Origin: Bacilli bacterium
GTDB lineage: Bacteria > Bacillota_I > Bacilli_A > RFN20 > CAG-826
Length of the DNA: 63,014 nucleotides
Assembly (NCBI GenBank): GCA_017447725.1
Contig: JAFSMX010000018.1
Coordinates: forward strand, 1 to 63,014
Direction of reading: 5' to 3'
In this document: in pieces, positions 36,024 through 44,762 of the stretch
Layout of the letters: every line of letters begins with the position of its first letter
How positions within the stretch are numbered: the stretch's first letter is position 1
Made by a program: the position numbers and the translations under genes
The notes under the pieces: model-generated
The model's input: the letters and a program-made list of their open reading frames with translations, nothing else
The model's database searches: none
Told to the model about the DNA's origin: nothing

Positions 36024-38105
36024 TTAAATTACTTTAGCATCCAGTTTTAAAGTGCCTAAATAAACGTTCTTAAGGATGTCATAAATAATCACGGTTCCCC
36101 ACGAATCGATCTTACAATAAGCAAGGGCTTCAGCAAGTAGATCTTTGGTTTTTAAATTTGGGTTTTCTTCACCTAAATGACTACGTACTAATAAAGATTT
36201 ATATAAGTCTAAGCAAATCCCACCATTATAAACGAGGCACTTGTCACCTTTGTGGTAGTCAAGTGAATAGCCTAGATCAAATGGCAAACGTTTTTTGTAA
36301 AACTCTTTGACGTTTTCATCATCAGCTAATGTTGGTTGAACAACCTTTAAAGATCCACGTCCATTAAAGTCTCTACAATACATTCCTCCAGAAGTGAAAA
36401 AATCCAGCAAATCAACAACATTTTCGTTAAAATTACGAACAAATTGCAGTAAATCAAAGTCTGCCATAGTAGCAAAATCTTCGTTGAATTCTTTCATTCG
36501 TGTTTTTTCAAAGTTTTGGTTAAAAACAACAACTCGATAGTTCTTGGCAAAAGGATCGATACCAAATTCTTCCAGCTGACTCTTGAGTGTTTGATATAAA
36601 GCAATAGATGGGTTTTCATATTTCGTTTCGTCAGGATTAGCAATAAACTCATAATGCTGACATAGACCACCACTACCTTTAGCAAAATCGTGTTTACCTA
36701 GATCATAACCTTTTTTAACGATATGCATCGAATATTGGGAAACAACTTGTTTCCACGGACCAACATGTTCAACTAAAGGAATTGGATATTGGAAGGATTC
36801 AAAATCAAAGAACAAAAGATAATCAATTTGGTCATTTAAATAATCTCTTTTAATGATTTCTTCGATTTTCTTCATATCTAAAAGATATTTTTCTTTTATT
36901 ACGCCTTTTTGATATTGAATTTGCGAGTAGGCGTTACTTCTTTCACCATTTCTTTTAAATTCACTAAATTCATATAGTTCCGGATTAATATCGGAGATTT
37001 TGGAGATTCCATCATTGATGATTCGATAAGTTCTTCCAAAATATCCTCCATAGGAACCCCAATTTGTTAGTTTAAAGACAGAATTAGGTTGTTCTGCTTC
37101 TTCTCCAAAGCACATCGAAATAAATGGACATGCTGGTCCTTTTCGACAAAAGTAGGACATTTGAGGAACGACTTTTGTTTGTTTCTCAATTTGATGGATC
37201 TTATCAATAATACCTTCAATCGATACTTCTTCTTTCTCTTCGTCTGATAAAGAATCATCAATATAATAGTCGCCATCGAAATATTCTCTTAAAGAGATTG
37301 TTCCATCTTTCAGGTTAATGAAGTCTTTTAAAATAAATAAGTCATTTAACTCATTATTACTTGTTGGGTATGTATGTTCTTTTATTTCATATTCACGGTT
37401 TGTGAACATGTAAAAGAGGCTACGGATATTTGAATGAACTTTGAGATAGATGTGATATTGAAATAATAAGTCATAAAGGTATTTGTCTTTAATAGCTGTA
37501 TCAATCTCAGGAGCTTTCTTAGGATGTTTGAAGACATCGTTTGTTCCTTTAACTTCAACAATATCAAACGAGCCGTCATCATTTTTAATTAATACGTCAA
37601 AACGTGCTCTTAGATCATTTAATTCAATCTGGCCTTCGAAGATCACTTTTACAGTTGGATCATTGAGATATTTGTTTGTCAGATGAACCACTGCTGATTG
37701 ATTATAGAAATCCTCTCCATCTTCATTGACATCACAACGACGACAGTTTTCTTTTCCATATTTATTTTCAAAATATGTGCGAGAAAGCTTTGAAACAATT
37801 TGATCGTCATTATATTGTTCGATTAACTGTTCAACAGCGTTTTTTGGGAGATTTCTCTCGTATTTCTTAATTATTTTAGTTAAATGAGGATAGTCTCGAA
37901 GAATCTCAACTAAGTTAAAACCTTCGTCTTCATCTCCTCCTTCAACACTGATTTCTTTTTCTTGTTCGGCGAGTTCTTGATACTTCTTTCTAGAATCAAT
38001 TGAGTTCTCTAAGAGTTGGACTAAGGTTTTATCCTCTAGCTCCATTTTCACTAAATAAGGGCATTTTTTAGAGACATAATCTTTAATAACGGTTTTGGTA
38101 ATCAT
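36024..38105 (-). CDS. DUF2779-type protein: Cas4/RecB-like PD-(D/E)xK Fe-S nuclease module fused to a DEDDy-like exonuclease module
   Basis: Cys15 plus CRKGPACPFISMC; RFDVL...DIVEVKGT...LLFQYHIY. C-terminal half has LFFDFESFQ, VVFNQNFEKTRM and AYCKIDSWG. Confidence 0.6.
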   Translation of the reverse strand: MITKTVIKDYVSKKCPYLVKMELEDKTLVQLLENSIDSRKKYQELAEQEKEISVEGGDEDEGFNLVEILRDYPHLTKIIKKYERNLPKNAVEQLIEQYNDDQIVSKLSRTYFENKYGKENCRRCDVNEDGEDFYNQSAVVHLTNKYLNDPTVKVIFEGQIELNDLRARFDVLIKNDDGSFDIVEVKGTNDVFKHPKKAPEIDTAIKDKYLYDLLFQYHIYLKVHSNIRSLFYMFTNREYEIKEHTYPTSNNELNDLFILKDFINLKDGTISLREYFDGDYYIDDSLSDEEKEEVSIEGIIDKIHQIEKQTKVVPQMSYFCRKGPACPFISMCFGEEAEQPNSVFKLTNWGSYGGYFGRTYRIINDGISKISDINPELYEFSEFKRNGERSNAYSQIQYQKGVIKEKYLLDMKKIEEIIKRDYLNDQIDYLLFFDFESFQYPIPLVEHVGPWKQVVSQYSMHIVKKGYDLGKHDFAKGSGGLCQHYEFIANPDETKYENPSIALYQTLKSQLEEFGIDPFAKNYRVVVFNQNFEKTRMKEFNEDFATMADFDLLQFVRNFNENVVDLLDFFTSGGMYCRDFNGRGSLKVVQPTLADDENVKEFYKKRLPFDLGYSLDYHKGDKCLVYNGGICLDLYKSLLVRSHLGEENPNLKTKDLLAEALAYCKIDSWGTVIIYDILKNVYLGTLKLDAKVI

Positions 38106-38226
38106 GTCTCTATTTTTACATGAAATCTTGAGGTTTAAAACAACAAAAAAGAGTGTTTAATAATTATTAAACACACTTCTTAATAAACAATTTTCATTCT
38201 TTTCCAGTTTGATTCATAATTAATTT

Positions 38227-38955
38227 ATGAACGATAAAATCCAAACTCTTCAACAGTTGATTGATTCTTCAAAAAGAATTGTTTTCTTTGGCGGCGCCGG
38301 AGTATCCACGGAAAGTGGAATCAAAGATTTCCGCAGCAAAGATGGTTTATATCATCTCCATAGTAAATACGGAACAAGTTATGAAGAGATGCTTTCACAT
38401 ACTTATTTCTTCTCACATACAGATACTTTTTATGAGTTCTACAAAGAGTTCATGGTGCCAAAAGGTGTGAAACCAAACGCTGCACATAAATTCCTCGCAA
38501 AACTCGAAAATAACCGAAAATTGACGGTTATTACGCAAAATATTGATGGACTTCATCAACTTGCTGGAAGTAAGAATGTTTTAGAACTTCATGGTTCAAT
38601 TCACCGTAACACTTGTCTACGTTGTGGTGAGCATTATTCACTTGAAGAGATTATGAAATTAAAGGGAACTCCATATTGTCCAAAATGTGGAGGATTAATT
38701 AAACCAGATGTTGTCTTATATGAAGAAGGATTAGACCAAGATATATTGCGCCAATCAATTGAGGCTATTTCAAATGCTGACCTTCTTATTATTGCCGGTA
38801 CTTCATTAAGAGTTTATCCTGCTGCTGGATTAGTGAACTATTTCCGTGGTAAACATATTGTTGTGATTAATAAAGAACCATTGTATTTAAGTGATACGGT
38901 CTCATTAGAAATTAACGAACCTGTTGGAGAGGTCTTCTCCCAACTTCATATTTAG
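38227..38955 (+). CDS. cobB: NAD-dependent protein deacylase (sirtuin, CobB type)
   Basis: GAGVSTESGIKDFRS, QNIDGLH, ELHGS, and Zn ribbon CLRCG...CPKCGG. Confidence 0.9.
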   Translation: MNDKIQTLQQLIDSSKRIVFFGGAGVSTESGIKDFRSKDGLYHLHSKYGTSYEEMLSHTYFFSHTDTFYEFYKEFMVPKGVKPNAAHKFLAKLENNRKLTVITQNIDGLHQLAGSKNVLELHGSIHRNTCLRCGEHYSLEEIMKLKGTPYCPKCGGLIKPDVVLYEEGLDQDILRQSIEAISNADLLIIAGTSLRVYPAAGLVNYFRGKHIVVINKEPLYLSDTVSLEINEPVGEVFSQLHI

Positions 38956-38996
38956 TATTAGATAACTATCTACCGAGTGATATAATCTTTTTCACT

Positions 38997-40385
38997 ATGC
39001 AAATGTTATATCATGTAAAAGATCGCCCATCTCCAGGACGATTAATCGTATTCGCACTTCAACAATTATTAGCGATTATTGCTGGCACAATTACACTTCC
39101 ATTAATTGTTGGAAATGGATTAAGTCAAAGTGCTGCTTTATTTGGTGCTAGTTTAGGTACATTGGTATATTTACTAATCACCAAATTTAAATCTCCTGTC
39201 TTCCTTGGATCATCTTTTACATACCTGGGATCAATGTTTTCCGCATTCGCCGGTGCTGCGACTGCAGCGATTGGCTATTTCGGAGTTATTTTAGGTGCGA
39301 CTTTAGCTGGTTTAGTTTATGTAATTTTAGCGATTATTGTTAAAAAGACAGGAACAAAATGGGTGTCTAAAGTAATGCCTCCAGTAATTATCGGACCAAT
39401 TGTGATGTTGATTGGTTTAACATTAGCGCCAAACGCCATCGCAAATATCTATTCCGGAAATGTTCTTCAAGATGGTGTTCCAGTTGCTTCACCAATTGTG
39501 TGTATTGCAGTAGGTTTAATTACATTATTCGTCATCGTTATTATCGCCACTCACAGTAGAGGATTTATGAAATTGATCCCTTTAATCATGGGTGTTTTTG
39601 TTGCTTACATAATTGCAGCAGTTCTTACAGTTATCGGAAATGCTACTGGAGCAAATAATATTAAAATCATTGATTTTACCCCATTTGAAAATATTAGATG
39701 GGTTCCAGATTTCTCGTTCCTCCATCTTGGACAAGCGTTCAGAGATTTTTCTGAGACAGGTTCATTCTGGAAATATTTTGGTACAATCGCTTTACTTTAT
39801 GTCCCATTAGCATTTGCTGTTTTTGCTGAACACATTGCTGACCACAAGAACTTATCATTTATCATTGAAAAAGATCTTCTAGAGGAACCAGGACTCCACC
39901 GCACACTACTAGGTGATGGTGTTGGTTCAATGGTTGGCGCCTTCTTTGGTGGATGTCCAAATACAACATATGGAGAATCGATCTCTTGTGTGGCGTTCTC
40001 TAAAAACGCATCAATTATCACAATTGTTGTTACCTCATGTTTAGGAATGTTAATTTCTTTCTTTGGCCCTTTAATGACATTCTTCCAAACTATCCCAAAT
40101 TGTATCATTGGAGGGCTATCAATCGCCTTATACGGTTATATTGCCTCAAGTGGTCTTAGAATGCTTAAAGACGTTAACCTAAACGATCAAAGAAACATCT
40201 TTATTATTTCCTCGATTCTTGTCACAGGTATTGGAGGCATGATTATTTACCTTTATGGATTTGAATTACCAACCATCGCCTGTTCCCTTCTTGTTGGAAT
40301 TTTGGTCAATGTGATAACGCATGTTTCTCCAAAGAAAAAAGTTCCTGTAGAACCCGACATAAAAAACGTAGATGACCAGAAATAG
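38997..40385 (+). CDS. Nucleobase:cation symporter (NCS2; uracil/xanthine permease)
   Basis: Polytopic, 462 aa, with NCS2-like FAEHIADH and GESISC(V) segments. Confidence 0.8.
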   Translation: MQMLYHVKDRPSPGRLIVFALQQLLAIIAGTITLPLIVGNGLSQSAALFGASLGTLVYLLITKFKSPVFLGSSFTYLGSMFSAFAGAATAAIGYFGVILGATLAGLVYVILAIIVKKTGTKWVSKVMPPVIIGPIVMLIGLTLAPNAIANIYSGNVLQDGVPVASPIVCIAVGLITLFVIVIIATHSRGFMKLIPLIMGVFVAYIIAAVLTVIGNATGANNIKIIDFTPFENIRWVPDFSFLHLGQAFRDFSETGSFWKYFGTIALLYVPLAFAVFAEHIADHKNLSFIIEKDLLEEPGLHRTLLGDGVGSMVGAFFGGCPNTTYGESISCVAFSKNASIITIVVTSCLGMLISFFGPLMTFFQTIPNCIIGGLSIALYGYIASSGLRMLKDVNLNDQRNIFIISSILVTGIGGMIIYLYGFELPTIACSLLVGILVNVITHVSPKKKVPVEPDIKNVDDQK

Positions 40386-40407
40386 CCAGCAAATCCTGGT
40401 TATTTTT

Positions 40408-41019
40408 TTATTTATCTACTTCAATTTCAGCAATTGTTTCTGGACGAACATTGAAGTATGTTGCCAGTTTATAAATTGTATCAAACGAAGTCTTTTTAAT
40501 ATCGAGACGACGATTTTTTAAACTGACAAGCGTTTGATACGAGATTGATAATTTTTTAGACAACTCAGACATTTTAATTTTTCTTCGTTTTAACAAGAAT
40601 CCTAATACAGATGTTTTTGCTCGTTCTTCGTCGAATCGCTTTTCCATGTGAGTAAAATCCATTTCATGGTAAACAAAGAAACATTGATATATTAAATCTA
40701 ATGGCATGTAGATAAAGATTGCTTCGAATGTTAAATGTGAATAAATCTGCAACCGAAGTAACACTTCAGCAGCCCACAAACTTTGAACATATGTGCCGAT
40801 GTCTGAAAAATCGTGTGACATTTTCGGAAACATGTCTATAACGATTTCTTCTCCAATCTGATAGAGGTTATTAACACCATCATCCTTTTCTAAACCTTGG
40901 AAAAACGGTGAATATGAAATTTGGTGTTCGGCATATCTTAAAAATATTTTACGTACATAAATGTAGGCTAAAACACGTTCAACTATGTCAATATAATTAT
41001 ATAAGTGCTCTTCTTTCAT
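40408..41019 (-). CDS. Two-domain protein: helical N-terminal domain (DUF3791-like?) plus C-terminal XRE HTH
   Basis: C-terminal MSELSKKLSISYQTLVSLKNRRLDIKKTSFDTIYKLATYF is a Cro/C1 HTH. Has a 4-nt ATGA overlap with the upstream DUF3990 gene. Confidence 0.55.
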   Translation of the reverse strand: MKEEHLYNYIDIVERVLAYIYVRKIFLRYAEHQISYSPFFQGLEKDDGVNNLYQIGEEIVIDMFPKMSHDFSDIGTYVQSLWAAEVLLRLQIYSHLTFEAIFIYMPLDLIYQCFFVYHEMDFTHMEKRFDEERAKTSVLGFLLKRRKIKMSELSKKLSISYQTLVSLKNRRLDIKKTSFDTIYKLATYFNVRPETIAEIEVDK

Positions 41020-41672
41020 TTTTCACCTCTAACCATATTAATGATATAGGTTTTATATGGATCTTTTACTACACTAATACTGTCTTCAAATTCTTTTGCA
41101 GCTACCCGAACTATTTCATAGTACTTTCCAATATAACTGTCGTCGCATTCACGTGTTCGAATGAACTTTAATAGTTTGATCGCTCGTTCAGACATAAACG
41201 CTTGTTGCACACCGAGATTTCCAAGACGGTAAATTCGCTCAAGGTCATCGTATGAAAGCTGATTTTGAATAAAGCTAAGTGGAAAAGCAAAATAAGCATC
41301 ATCAGCTCGATATCCAATAACGACATCATATTCACTGATATCAATGTAATATTTTTCTAACCAATCCAAATATAGCTGATATTCGTTTCTAAATTTTCCT
41401 GATAACTTACGGAAATGAACAAGGATTGCAATCCAATTTAAAGGTGAATACTTTTCTTTATCGGTTAGGTTTAATATTTTTAATTTTTCATATTCTGTTT
41501 TTCTAATTTCGTATTCATTCACAATACCAGGTGTGTTGTGTTTACATGCCCAGACTTTTGCGCTTTCTAAATCAGTTGTTAAATAGAAAGATGCTCCGTA
41601 ATCGTTATGTTCATCAGAACCATTTACAACTGGTTTTTTAATTATTTGCTTACTGCCATGATATATAATCAT
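41016..41672 (-). CDS. DUF3990-type protein with H-Y-E ADP-ribosyltransferase-like motifs
   Basis: MIIYHGSKQII and YGASFYLTT resemble the HGS and G-x-[FY]-[FY] strands of PARP/Tpt1-like folds. 218 aa, no signal peptide. Confidence 0.55.
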   Translation of the reverse strand: MIIYHGSKQIIKKPVVNGSDEHNDYGASFYLTTDLESAKVWACKHNTPGIVNEYEIRKTEYEKLKILNLTDKEKYSPLNWIAILVHFRKLSGKFRNEYQLYLDWLEKYYIDISEYDVVIGYRADDAYFAFPLSFIQNQLSYDDLERIYRLGNLGVQQAFMSERAIKLLKFIRTRECDDSYIGKYYEIVRVAAKEFEDSISVVKDPYKTYIINMVRGEK

Positions 41673-41836
41673 GGCTTTATTATAACAAAAAACGTATTTT
41701 TTTCAAGTTTTTAGTATTAAAATACATGTTTTCAACAAATTTTTCGTAAAATTAGTTGAGAAATTGATTATAAAAAACTGATGATTTTTGTCTTCAATTG
41801 ATATATCATATCAATATAGATTTGGAATTTATCATT

Positions 41837-43321
41837 ATGAAAGCTCCTTTTGATAAGAACTTATATTTAAAAATTCAAAGAGAGAATATTCTGAAAAGAA
41901 TTGCAAGATTTGGTGACAAATTATATCTCGAATTTGGGGGAAAACTCTTTGATGATTTTCATGCATCTCGTGTTTTACCTGGATTTGAACCAGATACAAA
42001 ACTACAGATGTTATTAGGTATTAAAGATAAAGCGGAAGTGTTAATTGTTGTTAACGCGAACGATATTAATACGAATAAAGTTCGCGCTGATATTGGAACA
42101 ACATATCAAGAAGAAGTTTTGCGTCTCGTTGATACATATAAAGATGTTGGATTATTTGTTTCTAGTGTTGTTATTTCCTTCTATCAAGACTCTCCTAACA
42201 TTAAAGAGTTTGAGTTAAAACTCAAAAACAACGGAATGAATGTATATAAGTCATATCACATTAATGGATATCCAAGAAACATTCCTTTAATTGTTTCTGA
42301 TGATGGCTTAGGTCGAAATGAATATGTTAAAACAACGCGTCCATTAGTTGTTGTTACCGCACCTGGACCAGGAAGCGGAAAGATGGCAACATGTTTATCC
42401 CAAATTTATTTAGATAATAAAAATGGTGTTCGAGCCGGTTATGCTAAATACGAAACATTCCCTGTATGGAATCTTCCTTTAAACCATCCAGTTAACTTAG
42501 CTTATGAAGCAGCAACAGTGGATTTAAACGATGTGAACATGATTGATCCATTCCATTTAGAAAAATATGGAGTGACTACAGTTAACTACAATCGTGACGT
42601 CGAAGTTTTCCCACTTTTGAAGGCGATTTTTGAAAAAATCTATGGCGAATCCCCATATTTTTCACCTACTGACATGGGTGTAAACATGGTCGGTTATGCG
42701 ATTAAAGATGAAGAAAAAGTTATCTCTGCATCAAAAAGAGAAATCGTTCGAAGATATTACGATACACGTACAAAAATCTTCTTAGGTAAGCTTCCAGAAG
42801 AAGCTTTAGAGAAAATGGAAATGCTGATGAATAAAGCAGATGTCCGTCCAGAAGATCGTAAGTGTGTCGCTAAAGCTCTAGAAACTGAAGCTAAAGAACA
42901 TGAACCAAGCGAAGCTATTGAATTACCAAGTGGAAAGATTATTACTGGACACCGTTCAAGTCTTCTTGGTGCATCAGCTGCACTTCTATTAAATGCTTTG
43001 AAGCATTTGGCGAAGATTGATAAGAGTATTTATCTTCTTTCACCAAGTGTTATTGAACCAGTGAAAGAACTGAAAGTAGTCCACTTCCATAAAAACCATG
43101 TTCGCTTACGTGCCGAAGAAATTCTTCTTGCTTTGTCAATTCAAGCGAATACCAATCCTCTTGCTGATTTAGCGCTCAAACAAATACCTAAACTAAAAGG
43201 ATCGGAACTACACTCCACCACAATTCTTTCGGAAGTTGATCGAAATACATTAAAAGCTCTCGGAATTAACGTTACTGAAGAACCAATTAATTATCAGAAA
43301 CGATTATATTTCAAGGGTTAA
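41837..43321 (+). CDS. UPF0371/DUF1846 family protein
   Basis: MKAPFDKNLYLKIQRENILKRI...FGGKLFDDFHASRVLPGFEPD is characteristic of the family. The ATG at 41837 is preferred over the TTG at 41798. Confidence 0.8.
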   Translation: MKAPFDKNLYLKIQRENILKRIARFGDKLYLEFGGKLFDDFHASRVLPGFEPDTKLQMLLGIKDKAEVLIVVNANDINTNKVRADIGTTYQEEVLRLVDTYKDVGLFVSSVVISFYQDSPNIKEFELKLKNNGMNVYKSYHINGYPRNIPLIVSDDGLGRNEYVKTTRPLVVVTAPGPGSGKMATCLSQIYLDNKNGVRAGYAKYETFPVWNLPLNHPVNLAYEAATVDLNDVNMIDPFHLEKYGVTTVNYNRDVEVFPLLKAIFEKIYGESPYFSPTDMGVNMVGYAIKDEEKVISASKREIVRRYYDTRTKIFLGKLPEEALEKMEMLMNKADVRPEDRKCVAKALETEAKEHEPSEAIELPSGKIITGHRSSLLGASAALLLNALKHLAKIDKSIYLLSPSVIEPVKELKVVHFHKNHVRLRAEEILLALSIQANTNPLADLALKQIPKLKGSELHSTTILSEVDRNTLKALGINVTEEPINYQKRLYFKG

Positions 43322-43869
43322 ATAACCTCCATCGTTTTTTCAATCAACGAGTCTTCGTTTGGAAATTTTCTCAAATACTGACTCAATTTATAAAAATCGA
43401 TGGAGTCTTTAATGTTTCTAAAAGAATTCAAAACTTCATAATATACATCGCTTGGATATTTTTCTTTAAGTCTCAATAGTTCAATAAACAAACGTTCTAG
43501 GTCATAAATTCTAACCATCACTCCACCAACTTCTTTTTCAACAATTCCAACATTAAAAAAAGAAGCATCTTGATAAGATTGTTTTACCTCTTTTCTACGG
43601 ATCGGATAACTATGTTGTTCTGTTGCCAAATAATAGAAATCAGGAATGTGGTCAGTTAAATCATACAAATAAAAAGCAGATAAACCAGTTATAACTGCTT
43701 TCGGATATTTTTTACACAAAAGTTCTTCATCATAAATAACATGATCCTGGCTAGTAGCATAAACACCCCTTTCAAGACGAGTTAAAAGACCGGAGTTCAA
43801 TTTCATACGAATTGAATACTCTGTTTCACCATTTTTTAGAAGTTCTTTTGTCGTATAAACCACATTCAT
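43318..43869 (-). CDS. AbiEi-like (type IV TA antitoxin family) protein, orphan
   Basis: N-terminal wHTH-like ELLKNGETEYSIRMKLNSGLLTRLERGVYA. No nucleotidyltransferase gene is adjacent. Confidence 0.55.
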   Translation of the reverse strand: MNVVYTTKELLKNGETEYSIRMKLNSGLLTRLERGVYATSQDHVIYDEELLCKKYPKAVITGLSAFYLYDLTDHIPDFYYLATEQHSYPIRRKEVKQSYQDASFFNVGIVEKEVGGVMVRIYDLERLFIELLRLKEKYPSDVYYEVLNSFRNIKDSIDFYKLSQYLRKFPNEDSLIEKTMEVI

Positions 43870-43943
43870 AATTTATGCATTTCTAGGTCTTTTGTCAATA
43901 AACACCTAGTTTTTCCTAAAATTTAATACAAAAGAAAAAATAA

Positions 43944-43973
43944 AAATGATGTCCCAAATTAGAGACATCATTT
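43944..43973 (-). terminator. Rho-independent terminator after the aquaporin gene
   Basis: aaatgatgtc/gacatcattt 10-bp stem, followed on the minus strand by tttttatttttt. Confidence 0.75.
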
Positions 43974-44006
43974 TAAAAATATAATGCAATTCTTGGTTAT
44001 TTTTGG

Positions 44007-44708
44007 TTATTTTTCTTCTTTTGGTTGAATCTTCTTCCAAAGGTAGGCAGCAAGAGCAGCGCCAATGAATGGTCCGATGATCACAGCAATTAATGTTAAT
44101 GCTAAGTGACCAGCGTTAGCGGAACTATCAAATAATCTAAAGATAATTGCGCTTAATGCACGAGCTGGGTTTACAGATGTACCAGTTAATGGAATACCTA
44201 AAAGGTGAACACCAAATAAGGCTAAACCAATAATGATTCCTGCTACGTGTCCATGTTCCTTCTTGCTTGTTGCACCTAAGACAGCTAAGACAAATAAGAA
44301 GGTTAAGACAACTTCGGCAAATAGACCAAGCATAACAACACCAAATGTGTAGTCAGTTGCACCGGCATAATAGACGATGTTATCAAGTGAGTTGTTTCCA
44401 GTGGCCTTAACTGTGAAGAACATTAAAGCAAGAACACCACTACCAACTAAAGCACCACAAACTTGGGCACCACAGTAGGCGAAAAATTCTTTCCATGTAA
44501 TGTCACCACGAATGGCCATCGCTAAAGAAACAGCTGGGTTAGCGTGTCCACCACTAACTTGTCCAACGGTGTAGGCTAAGATCACAATCGAAACACCGAA
44601 TGCAGCAGCAGTAGGAACGATTGCAGCACCTGTTCCAATGGCAACACCACAACCGACAACAACGAGAATGAATGTTGCGAAGAATTCAGCAACTAGTTTT
44701 TTAAACAT
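44007..44708 (-). CDS. MIP-family channel (aquaporin/glycerol facilitator)
   Basis: Two NPA boxes (HANPAVS, NPARA). The start at 44708 (MFKKLVAEFF) is preceded by aaggag. Confidence 0.9.
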   Translation of the reverse strand: MFKKLVAEFFATFILVVVGCGVAIGTGAAIVPTAAAFGVSIVILAYTVGQVSGGHANPAVSLAMAIRGDITWKEFFAYCGAQVCGALVGSGVLALMFFTVKATGNNSLDNIVYYAGATDYTFGVVMLGLFAEVVLTFLFVLAVLGATSKKEHGHVAGIIIGLALFGVHLLGIPLTGTSVNPARALSAIIFRLFDSSANAGHLALTLIAVIIGPFIGAALAAYLWKKIQPKEEK

Positions 44709-44762
44709 AATATTTCTCCTTTTCCACGAGTATTTTATCACTGATAAAAACTTTTGGTATAT

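Noticed and set aside
36024-38105. The Cas4-like module as evidence of a CRISPR-Cas locus.
   Set aside because: No repeat-spacer array and no cas1, cas2 or effector genes occur anywhere in the window. The only tandem repeat (8221-8258) has 10-bp units with no spacers.
38227-38955. The SIR2-domain gene next to the nuclease-type DUF2779 gene, considered as a Thoeris/DSR/SIR2-HerA-like defence effector.
   Set aside because: The 242-aa protein has the full CobB-type sirtuin signature (GAGVSTESGIKDFRS, catalytic HG, four-Cys Zn ribbon). It has no extra sensor, TM or partner domain, and it is divergently transcribed from DUF2779. It is most simply a housekeeping deacylase.
41798-41836. The N-terminal 13 codons of the UPF0371 ORF as given in the track (TTG start at 41798).
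   Set aside because: The family-typical sequence begins at MKAPFD (ATG at 41837). The upstream part is a TTG-initiated extension running through a palindrome (ttgatat-atc-atatcaa, 41798-41814) that looks regulatory rather than coding.
8511-44004. Additional partial copies of the ccaagaattgctgg element, at 8511-8522 inside the esterase CDS and inverted at ~43988-44001.
   Set aside because: These are only 11-12-nt matches, which are expected by chance many times in 63 kb of AT-rich sequence. Only the 18-nt identity between 6485-6502 and 35972-35989 is treated as real.
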